A DNA stretch of 64,000 nucleotides from Pavona decussata (lineage: Eukaryota): contig CDRNST010000310.1 of assembly GCA_977016875.1 (NCBI GenBank), forward strand, positions 930,001 through 994,000, in the 5' to 3' direction. The position numbers and the translations under genes are program-made. The notes beneath the pieces were generated by a model. The model was not told the origin of the DNA. It ran no database searches and saw nothing but the letters and a program-made list of their open reading frames with translations. Shown here one piece after another: positions 38,654 through 50,089 of the stretch. Each line of letters starts with the position of its first letter. The first letter of the stretch is position 1.

Positions 38654-41600
38654 GAACTCGATAGCTGACCATTGGCAGACTGAAACACCGTCACTAAACG
38701 TTGACAAAAAATATACAAAGTTACGTAACGAGGCACGCGACAGTGCACGTGAGTCCAATATGGGTACCGTATTTGTATCCTTGATTGACAACACAGTCCA
38801 TTTGTTGATTATATTCGCAGTAATTAATATGGAGACCCTCGACAAGAATGACAAATGCCATAAAACTTAACCCATTAGCCACTATGAGGTTTCTTGGGAA
38901 ACGGCTGGAGTTTTTTCAGCGGCGAAGTTGTGTAATATGGCATAGTACAAAGGGGAGTTGGGTAAAAGTAGATTGAAAATTAAAATGTGACATACACAAA
39001 AAATTGTATTGCACGGAGCTTTAACATCAAATACGGCTGTCTGAGGAAGTCTAAAGATCCCCAAAATAAAGTTGCTGTCTTACACTGTGTGTAGACCATC
39101 AGATTCATAATCAGATTCGTTAGAACACTATATATATATGAAGAGAAAATAAGTAAATGAACCTTTACATCTCAATAATACAAACATTGTGGAACTTCTG
39201 AGACTACAGCACGTCTATCAAACAAAAAAATGTTAAACCCTTGCTTCCGCAGACAGGCATTGTTGACCTTTTCCAAATCTTCTGGCTCTTGTCTTTTCAC
39301 GGTATATGACAGACAAAATCCGCCGATTGGAAATGGATTAAGCGCGGCAGGAAATACAAAGTTTGTATAGGAAAATAAGAAATCCGATTATAAATAATTT
39401 CTATAATATTTGGATGCTAGGTAACCGATTTTCTGTTCAAATTTCAGAAGGTATAATGGACTAGTCTCAATTAATGGACGCTTGCAATAGCGTTTTCATT
39501 ACCGCGAAAAAATCCCCAGGCGGTAAAACTTCACAGACAGATGTATGGAAATCAAATTACATGATATTTAAAACACGCTATTAAGCCAGTCCACACTATG
39601 AACAAACAAATATTTTGGAATTCATGGGCAAGAACAAATGAAAAACTAAGCGATTTCACACCAATTTTCTTAGTCTTTTGCGTGCTCAAACACGACGATA
39701 GGAAACTACGTTCAGATTCAGTCATGTAAACAGCATAACCTAAGAAATATTGTACTAATATTGCACAGAAGAAATGCGTTAATATTCAGTTAGCAGACAT
39801 AGCGTCTCCAAGATTAAACAGGTGCTTTTGAGAATTTCCTTCGATTCAAAGAGACAATTGCAATCAATGACGTTTTCAGTCATGACGCGGCACATGTTTT
39901 CATTAGAAAATAATGTCTTTGTTTCGGCAATCTTTTCGCTTTTTCTAAAAACAAGTTCCTTCTGAAGTGGACTGGAAATACATTGGCGGAAAGAGAGAAA
40001 GGAAGAATCCAATATCTGTCTTCCTAGATTAAAAGGAAAACAGCTGAAAGTAGATTAAGAAGTCAACAATCGCCTGAGAATATTATGTAACACACTGAGA
40101 AAATAGAGAATTTAAGAGAATCCCAAAAGATATCGGTAGAATTTTTTGGAGATAGCATTAAGGAGTTCCAAAACTCTAGTTTCGAAAAACAGCTGTTTAC
40201 ATGAAGCAAATGTGGCCCTTTTGAACGAGTCAGAGGCAATCCTACTTAATTGCTCATTGACCATGCTAATTTATTCATAACTTCAATACCTCTCACCGTG
40301 GCCACTGTTAATTTAAACTTTTTTTAGCACTATTTCTAACCACAATTCATGCTCGTTTTTAAAGCTAAAATGCATTTTCCCTGAGTTGGTCTCCGTCAGC
40401 TTAGGTGAGAAAAAGGTGTTGCGATTACCTCCTCCTACCTTCCAATCAAAGGCTTGTGTGAGCCACCTCATGGATGAATATCAGTGGTAGAGAAAGGGAG
40501 ACTATCAAGTTGCGTATTGCATTTGGTCATATATTTGGTGCATTTGCTAATGTCACTGATGCTATAAATTGTCTGAGTTGCCATTTTTGACTGAGTAAGC
40601 TTAGTTCGCTAAATTAACAATTGGTAATAACAAAAACTACATGATTTATATTTTACAGCGGGGTGAATAAAATAGAAAACACTCATTTGGTCTAGAAAAC
40701 GAAGAATTTCTAATTGTGGAATAAAATAAACTGGTTGCAACTTAAGATTTGCTAAAAAAAAAAATGAAAGTTAAAATTGTGAAAATTTGCGGGTAAATTT
40801 CACCCCCGCGGTCTCACATTAATGAAATGTGATTCGCTCTCGAAACCTTAATCTCTCTTTTATTTTTACCTTATTGGAACCCTTGTGGCTTCATTAATAG
40901 ATATACTAAGAAAATTGTATTCGATCTTTTATTTAAATTTTCTTCAGATACTAAGTATGTCAAGGTCTGATAACTTTCTACCACGTAACGTTTATAACAA
41001 TAAATTCACAGAGTAATCAGTGGCCTATATATCATTTTTACGTTCATTTTTCATTTATATTTGCTTCAAGCTTTTTCTGAATTAGTCAAAATTACAATCC
41101 CCATAATGAACATTACACTCTATGGACCACAACACATTTCGCGTGAATCATGTCAGTTTGCATCACATGATATAAGAACATCTGTAAGTCTGTAGACGGC
41201 TAGTGACGTTCTCTCAGATTGTCAGAAAATAGAGAAATTCCGCATAATTTTAATCAGTTCTTTTCTTTAGAGAGAAGTCATCTTTCGTCTTGTGGAGCAA
41301 ATGGACTTCACCATTCAACACAACTTGTCAAAGTCTTTCCTATCACAGGACGGAATCTAAAAAATTGGAAAAAAATGGAATTTCGTTGTAAGTGAGGTAA
41401 CTGTAAGCAATTATATGGTACGGAATAGTGGACAGAGGTGATTCTTTGGTGATTGGGGAGGTAGGAGGAGCACTGATCGCACCCTTTTTCTTATTGTACT
41501 TCATCTTTCCTCGCGTTAATAACCATATTAAGAACGGAAAGTCAGATGCTGCCCTCGGTGACTTTAAATGTTTACAACTTTTTAATATTGAGCAAACACC

Positions 41601-42659
41601 ACCAAACTTTCTCAGACATTTATTCAAAAACAATTTAGTGTGGTTTAGTGTTCCCTAAACTAAACTTTTACCATAACAGCCAAATTTTGAGAGGCAGATT
41701 GTTTAGAAATAGGAATATTCCTATTTTTAATGAGAAAATTAGCTAATTTTCATGATTTTATATCCTTTGAGTGTCCTTCTGTTGGGTTTGACAATTCTTT
41801 GGTCATGACCAATATTTGGTGGTTTTCTAAAATTTTGGCGAAATCCAGAAATTCAAGATAAATGATCCAATATGGCCCCCAGCTGGAAATCGTAACGTTA
41901 TTTTCAACATCATATGACGTCATCACTTCCCATCGGAAAAAAATTGTATGCGCACCGCTTTTATAAATTCTATATATCACTGTAAAGCTAATAAACAGTA
42001 CTTTTAAACATTTTTGCTTTAAAGGGCGAGGGAAAGCCCAGAAACGCAAAACTGACAGTGTGTACTTCGACTGAATTACCGGCCCCCACATTATGACATC
42101 CGAAGAAACTGGACTCAGTATATCACTTAGGAGATAATGGACTAACATTAATTGTGTCAGGCTTTTTCGATATTCCCACTGGTTGCTGAGAAAATCTATT
42201 CTAAAGTTTGACAATATATGAGTTCCACGTGCTCGGACACCGCAAAAAAGCTGATTCGAATTTCGTCAAAGCCTGACTAATGATTAATGTGTGACGAACA
42301 TTTTGGCCAAATTGCGTTAAAATCTGATAAATCTATCTACTCTATTTTTAAAATTCATTTGTATGGAGGGAATACTCACAAAAACAAATCCTGAGATTTT
42401 AGCCTCCAAAAATTTGCACAGTTTTCGCGCCCATTACAGCAGTTGTCATCAAGTCCTTGCCACCAACTAATGTTGGAGCTCCCTACCGAGACTCGTGCCC
42501 AACACAATCTATTGAAATTCGCGCGGGAAAGACATATCGGCCACATGCTCCCTGTTGCTGTGTACGCATGTATTATAGTTAGCAATGCAATAGGCAAAAC
42601 TAAAGGAAAGCGGTTTGCCGCGTAACCCGCGTTGCGCCTCTCTCAGTTCTTCTCCTATC
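38654..42659. repeat. Segmental tandem duplicate of 42713-49048, lacking 45500-46910
   Basis: 38654-40843 matches 42713-45500; 40857-42659 matches 46913-49048. Confidence 0.9.
41267..41356 (-). pseudogene. Orphan duplicate of gene 4 exon 2 with a premature stop
   Basis: Acceptor intact; IPSCDRKDFDKLC* (TGG>TGA at 41315-41317), then MVKSICSTRRKMTSL*; the duplicated block contains no exon 1. Confidence 0.75.
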
Positions 42660-44582
42660 TCTAAAAATGAAGGTCGTTCGAACCAGGAACGCTAGTCACT
42701 GTCACTATCTTAGAACTCGATAGCTAATCATTGGCAGACTGAAACACCGTCACTAAACATTCACAAATAATATACCCCGTTACGCAACGAGGCACGCAAC
42801 AGTGCACATGACTCCAATATATGGGTACCGTATTTGTCTCCTTGATTGACATCACAGTCCATTTGATGATTGTATTCGCTGTATTTAATGTGGAAACTCT
42901 CGACACGAATTACAAATGCCATAAAACTAAAGCCATTAGCCACTATGAGGTTGTTTTCTTGGAAAACAGCTGGAATTTTTTCAGCGGCGAAGTTGTGTAA
43001 TATGGCATATTAGAAAGAGGAGTTGGGTAAAAGTAGATTGAAAATTGAAATGTGACATACACAAAAGATTGTATTACACGGAGCTTATTAATAAACATTA
43101 AATACGACTATCTGAGGAAGTCTATAGATCCCCAAAATAAAGTTTCTGTCTTACACTGTGAGTAGACCATCAGATTCATAATCACATTCGTTAGAACACT
43201 ATATATATATATAAAGAGAAAATAGGTAAATGAACGTTTACATCTCAATAATACAAACATTGTGAAACTTGTGAGACTACGGCAGGTCTATGCAAACAAA
43301 GTAATATTAAACCCTTGCTTCTGCAGACAGGCATTGTTGACCTTTTCCAAATCTTCTGGCTCTTGTCTTTTCACGGTATATGACAGACAAAATCCGCCGA
43401 TTGGAAATGGATTAAGCGCCGCAGGAAATACAATGTTTGTATACGAAAATAAGAAATCCTATTACAAATAATTTCTATAATATTTGGCTACTATTTATAG
43501 GTAACCAATTTTCTGTTCAAATTTCAGAAGGTATAATGGACTAGAATCAATTAATGGACGCTTGCAATAGCGTTTTCATTACGGCGAAAAAATCCCCAGG
43601 CGGTAAAACTTCACAGGCAGATGTATGGAAATCAAATTACATGATATTTAAAACACGCTATTAAGCCAGTCCACACTATGAACATACAAATATTTTGGAA
43701 TTCATGGGCAAGAACAAATGAAAAACTAAGCGATTTCACACCAATTTTCTTAGTCTTTTGCGTATTCAAACACGACGATAGGAAACTACGTTCAGATTCA
43801 GTCATGTAAACTGCATAACCTAAGAAATATTGTACTAATATTGCACAGAAGAAATGCGTTAATATTCAGTTAGCAGACAGTGTCTCCGAGATTAAACAGG
43901 TGCTTTCGATTCAAAGAGACAATTGCAATCAATGACGTTTTCAGTCATGACACCGCACATGTTTTCATTAGAAAATAATGTCTTTGCTTCGGCAATCTTT
44001 TCGCTTTTTCTAAAGACAAGTTCGTTCTGAAATGGACTGGAAATGCCCTGGCGGAAAGAGAGAAAGGACAAATCCAATATCTGTCTTCCTAGATTAAAAG
44101 GAAAACAGCTGAAAGTAGATTAAAAAATCAACAATCGCCTGAGACTATTATGTAACACACTCAGAAAATAGAGAATTTAAGAGAATCCCAAAAGATATCG
44201 GCGGAATTTTTTGGAGATAACATTAAGGAGTTCCAAAACTCTAGTTTCGAAAAACAACTGTTTACATGAAGCAAATGTGGCCCTTTTGAACGAGTCAGAG
44301 GCAATCCTACTTAATTGCTCATTGACCATGCTAATTTATTCATAACTTCAATATCCCTCACCGTGGTCACTGTTAATTTAAACTTTTTTTAACACTAGTT
44401 CTAACCACAATTCTTGCTCGTTTTTAAAGCTAAAATGCATTTTCTCTGAGTTGTTCTCGGTCAGCTTAGGTGAGAAAAAGGTATTCCAATTACCTCATCC
44501 TACCTTCCAATCAAAGGCTTGTGTGAGCCACCTCATGGATGAATATCAGCAGTAGAGAAAGGGAGACTATCAAGTTGCGTAT

Positions 44583-45173
44583 TCTTGGTTTTCACGTGAC
44601 GTCACCAAATTCTAGAATTCAAAACTGGGAGGCCTACAAAATTTTTACCTTCATTTAAGGAAAGATTACCTACAAATATGTCTGTTCACAATTTCTTAGC
44701 TCAATGTCGTACTTCCTTTGAAAATAGAACAGTTTCAATTTCCGAGTTTCCATCGTGCGTGATATCAGGAGGACGGCCGTGACAGAGCTTCTCCGTATCT
44801 TAAAAATGACTCTTCGGGTAATTTTCAGCATTCTAAACAATTTAAGTTTGAGGAGAAATATTAAACTAAACATTCGAAAATTCACAAGGGCAAACAAACA
44901 TCTTTTCTGGCAAAAGTGAACTCCAGATGTTTTTTCCTATTTCCGGCCGCCATGTTTGTGCTCCTCGGAGGGACACAAACATGGCGTCTCCATACTAAGC
45001 TCTATAAATTTATGTGGAACATTTTGTCAAATAACTCGGGTACGGAATGCCGCACAGCCTGACACTTGGACAGATGCCTTATTTATTTATCCTCTATACC
45101 ATGTCAATTTCTTGACTTCATTCATGGAATGGTTTCGATTTTTTTTTCAATGGCGTGACAGCGAAAACCGAGA
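44583..45173. mobile_element. 591-bp MITE with AT TSD (ISL2EU/PHIS-like), inserted after the duplication
   Basis: TIR tcttggttttc / gaaaaccgaga; the paralog near 40515 shows the empty site gcgtATtgcat. Confidence 0.85.
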
Positions 45174-46509
45174 ATTGCATTTGGTGATATATTTGGTGCA
45201 TTTGCTAATGTCACTGATGCTATAAATTGTCTGAGTTGCCATTTTTGCACTGAGTAAGCTTAGTTCACTAAATTAACAATTGGTAATAACAAAAACTACA
45301 TGATTTATATTTTACAGCGGGGTGAATAAAATAGAAAACACTCATTTGGTCTAGAAAACGAAGAATTTCTATACGTGGAACAAAATAAACTGGTTGCAAC
45401 TTAGGATTTGCTAAAAAAAAAATGAAAGCTAAAATTGTGAAAATTTGCGGATAAATTTGACCCCCGCAGTCTCACATAATGAAATGTGATTCGCTCTCGA
45501 GGATTTGGGTTTCCCTACATAAGATCGCGTAGTTAATTACGACGTTTCACAAATGAAAATAGACAATAAAGCTTTCCTGAATAAAACATTTATTGAGATG
45601 AGCGATTGTTTACGTGTGAAAACAGAACGCGTAAAATTTCCACTTCCACGGAAGAGCCCAACACGCATTGAAGTGAATTTATTGACCCGAACTGAGCTCG
45701 TTTTTCAAGTATTTCGGGAAAACTGTTGGGAATACAAATTAACAATCAAACCTCTGCTGCACCAGCAATGATTTTTCAATGACAGATTCTCTTGGCTTTG
45801 GCAAAAACAGAATCCGTCTTTTTAGCGTGATTCCTTCGCCGTGAACTCTCGGATTTTCACTGTGTAAACTGTGGAGTATACCTCAGAACTTGGTTTTTTT
45901 TTTATTGAGCGTTAGTGATTAACAAATAAATCAATCCAAGAAGCCATAATATTTGCAACAGAAGTTTGACTCCATTTTGGAGTCGGTATAGCCTGCATTG
46001 CTATGGCCAGCAGATGATCGCGTTGTTAACAGCCCAGTGACCGAGTGAATCTCAATCCGACACAAACTCATGTCAGTTACTTCATCCATGAGGAAACAAG
46101 GGTGATTCGGCTAGCCTGGAGAGCTTGAATCTCTCATGTACACAGTTCGCAGCGTTTTGTAAGGAATGTACGAAATGTATAAAAAGTTGGCTCGCCCAGA
46201 GTAGCTCGGGTAGGCTGGTGCCTCCTACACATGGTACAATTTTCTCCTTAAAAAGGGTCCCTAAGTTGTCACATGATCTGAATGTAAGTTTATGTTTGTT
46301 CCAAGGGCTTTTTTAGAGGTTTCATTTAGATTTAGGGCAGGACTATTTTTCAAAAGAAACAGATGAAGAGGACTTTGCGTAAAAATATCAGTGTTGGTCT
46401 TAATTGAAGGAAACAATGGCTAAAAACACTAAACAAAAATCTTACGACAGTCAGTTAACCCCAACAGTCCATAGGCTCATGATATCACCATTATTATTAA
46501 AAATTGGAT

Positions 46510-46786
46510 CATTGTATAATGAAATTCCAGGGATTTGATTGGCTTAGCGGCCACGGTATATCAGCCATTATACCATGCCCAAGAAATAGCGACCATTAAA
46601 TTGTCTTCTGGTTGTTCTTCCAAAGCAAAATCAGCAAGATCTGGAAATGTTCCTAGATTATTTTTAATAACAAAATTATTCCACTAGCGCTTGTTGGATA
46701 TGAGATTATTATAGCGAACTCGGCGGTTCGCGTCTTGTTGACTATCTATCATCTTATTCGACGCGCGGTCGTGGAATAATTGTTAA
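46510..46786. mobile_element. Common coral non-autonomous element with hairpin end ...ggaataattgttaa
   Basis: Internal inverted repeat attattccac...gtggaataat; a fragment of the same end lies at 40-80. Confidence 0.5.
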
Positions 46787-47313
46787 GTATTCTCTTTAAC
46801 GTTTATAAAAATCCAAAAACAATTCACAGATAGGTTGAATTTGACGCACGAGGCTCCATGAAATTTAATCCTTTTCAGAATTTGAAAACACCTTGTAATT
46901 GATCCTTCGATTCTATTATTTTTACTTTACTGGAAGGCTTGTGGCTTAAAAGATGCACTAAGAATGTTGTATTTTATCTTTTATTTAAATTTTCTTCAGA
47001 TAATAGGAATATCAACGTCTGAGAACTTTCTACCACGTAACGTCTATAACAATAAATTCACAGAGTTAAACCAGTGGCCTATATTTCATTTCTACGTTCA
47101 TTTTTCATTTATATTAGCTTGAAGCTTTTTCAGAATTAGTCAAATTACAGTCTCCATATTGAAAATTACACTCTATGGACCAAACAGATTTCACATAAAT
47201 CACGTCAGTTTGCATCACATGATAATAATAGCATCTGTAAGTCTGTAGATGTCTAGTGAAGTTCTCTCACATTGTCAGAAAAGAAAAAGTTCCCCATAAT
47301 TGTAACCAGTTCC

Positions 47314-47403
47314 TTAGAGATAAGTCATCTTTCGTTTTGTGGAGCAAATGGACTTCACCATCCAACACAACTTGTCAAAGTCTTTCCTATCACAGGACGG
47401 AAT
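47314..47403 (-). CDS. FTAG-peptide precursor gene 4, exon 2 (C-x6-C)
   Basis: Acceptor ccattttctttccaatgttttag|ATT; IPSCDRKDFDKLCWMVKSICSTKRKMTYL*; same C-x6-C spacing as gene 3; spliced product 72 aa. Confidence 0.78.
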   Translation of the reverse strand: MPSCDRKDFDKLCWMVKSICSTKRKMTYL

Positions 47404-49960
47404 CTAAAACATTGGAAAGAAAATGGAATTTTATTGCAGGTGAGCTAATTGTAAGCAATCATATGGTACGAAATAGGGGGGGGGGGGGGGGGCACTGATC
47501 ACACCCTCTTTCTAATTGTACTTCATCTTTCCTGACGTTAATAACCCTATTAAGAACGGGGAGTTAAAGACTGCCCTCGGTGACTTTCAATGTTTATAAC
47601 CTTTTAATGTTGAGCACGCACCACCAACCTTTCTCAAACATTTATCCGGGAACAATTTGGTGTGGTATGGTCAGTGTTCACTAAATGTAATTTTTACCGT
47701 AACAGCCAAATTTTGGAAGGCAGATTTTTCAGAAATAGGAATATTCGTATTTTTAATGAGAAAATTAAATAATTTTCATGATTTTGTATAATTTGAGTGT
47801 CCCTCTGTTGGATTTGACAATTCTTTGGTCAATATTTGGTGGTTTGCTGAAGTTTTGGCGAAATCCAGAAATCCAAGATTGGGGATCCAATATGGCCACC
47901 AGCTGGAAATCGTAACGTAATTTTCAACATCATATGAAGTCATCACTTCCCGTTCCTGACCTCAAAGGTCATCGTAATAAATATCTTTTGGACGAGCTAT
48001 TGATTTTCCAAGTTTTATCGTCATAACCTTAATACTCTCGGAATTATAGAGCAGATTTGGATCAGCCCACACTCTCCAAGTTCTGGATAACGCCATTACG
48101 AAACTGCATCCAATCGGTTCGTGCTGAAATCGGGAATAGGGCCCTCAAATAATGGTTGGCGTACACCGACTTACCAATTACAATTAACAAACTATCGTTA
48201 CTAGAAATTAAGTTGGAGTATGGTAGAAACAATTGTAGTCGTTCACGTCAGTTGATGCCTTGAGATTGTTTCAAACCTTCTCGGGTGTTCCTCAGAAAAA
48301 AAATTGTATGCGCACCGCTTTTTTAAAAAAACCGTAAAGCTAAATCACTGTAAAGTTAATAAACTGTATAATCTGAAAATAAAAGTACTTTAAAACATAA
48401 GTACTTTGAAAGCCCAGAATGGCAAAACTGACAGTGTGTACTTTGACTGAATTACCGGCCCTCACATTATGATATCCCAAGAAACTGGACTCAGTATATC
48501 ACTCAGGAGAAAATGGACTAACATTAATTGTGTCAGGCTTTTTCGATATTCCCATTGGCTCCTGAGAAAATCTATTGTAAAGTTTGACAATGGAATATTT
48601 TTCAATGAGTTCCACGTGCTTGGACACCGCAAGAAAGCTATTCAGTCGAATTTCGTAAAAGCCTGACACACTTTGGTGCATTAATGTGTGACGAATATTT
48701 TGGCCAAATTTCGTTAAACTCTGATAAATCTATCTACTCTATTAATTCATTTGTATGGAAGGAATACTCACAAAAACAAATCCTGAGTTTTTAGCCTCCA
48801 AAACATTTGCACAGTTTTCGCGCCCATTACAGCAGTTGTCAACGAGTTTACACCAACAACCAATCAAAAGTAATGTGGGAGCTCCCTACCGAGACTCGTG
48901 ACAACAAAATCTATTGAAATTCGCGCGGGAAAGACAAAGCGGTCATGGCGGCTCCCTGTTTATCTGTGCGCGTGTATTATAGTTAGCAATGGGCAAAACT
49001 AAAGAAAAGTGGTTTGCCGCGTTGTTTCTCTCCCAGTTCTTCTTCTATGTCACTGTCTACGAGAGTTTCGTTTTCTCGTATCAAGATTTGATTTTTTTCT
49101 CCTTTTGGGGTCCTGCTTAACTCTGGTTTGTGTCCAAACCTTTCCTTGCCTATAGAACGTTTCTTGACAATAAAATTCCTCCTCCTTTTACCCAGTGTGA
49201 CACTCGAACATAAAGAAAGATTGCTAATGAGAGGAGAAAAAAAAGCTTTCGTGTGAACCCGTTTTCAGGGAAAGGGTCGTTTGGGAGATTGTAAACGCCT
49301 TTAAAAGATTATGACCCTTCGGTGGTTAATTAACTTTTATTTCAAAAAGTTGTTTTTCTTAATAACTCGGGCAAATTTTAAAGATCCATTTTTCTGTTTT
49401 TAAAAATTTGCTTAATTAAGAAATGAACTTTAATTTTAATTTTTAAAGTTTTTTTTCATAAAAGTAGCCCTGCGATCCTTTGAAATACTCTTTAAGCGAT
49501 AACTTTTGAAAAGGGGAATTCCAAGCCTAAAAAGATGCATTTACGCTCCTCCCCCCCCCCCCCCCCTCCTACCCCACCGTGACTGAGTAAGAGGAATTGT
49601 GTAGACTATCCAATTTTGACCTCGTGTCACGTTAATGTGAGGAGATCTTCTCGGTACATTACAAGTTTAAGTTATATTTTTCCGTCTAATTTTCCGTCCA
49701 AAGTTGCTGCCGCCTTTAATATCTGAGAATCCTAAGTGAATTTTTTAGAACCCATGATGGTCTGTTCACTCCCATCCGATATTCATGAAACAAAAAAATC
49801 CGTTTATTTTCCAATCTCACGAAAGCTCGATATCACATTTCGCAAAACATTACTTAGCTTAATTTGAATATCTGGGGCGCTAAAGCCTTTTGAACAAACA
49901 TGTTACCCAAACGATTCCTTGGGTTGTTTTAAATAGGCTGGAACTTTGCCACTTTCCTAC

Positions 49961-50089
49961 CTTATCTCGTTTCCCTGATGGATATTTTGGCATTTTTACA
50001 CCCGCAGTAAAAGCGTCACCTTCTTCCGTCAGACAAACGACAAGAACCATAGCAAGAAAAAATGCTACCGTTTTCACATTCATTTTCAT
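49961..50089 (-). CDS. FTAG-peptide precursor gene 4, exon 1 (signal peptide + FTAGVKMPKYPS-GKR)
   Basis: MKMNVKTVAFFLAMVLVVCLTEEGDA|FTAGVKMPKYPS-GKR-DK; phase-0 donor AAG|gtagga; TATAATAA on the minus strand at 50209-50216. Confidence 0.85.

Noticed and set aside
39779-40012. ORF apparently conserved with 43892-44077
   Set aside because: Explained by the recent segmental duplication; the copies differ by a frame-disrupting indel near the end
48985-49223. Minus-strand open frame with GKRRR/KKR after a good acceptor, as an exon of gene 4
   Set aside because: Wrong phase for the phase-0 donor (in-phase reading stops after 11 codons); 47314-47403 fits the family Cys pattern
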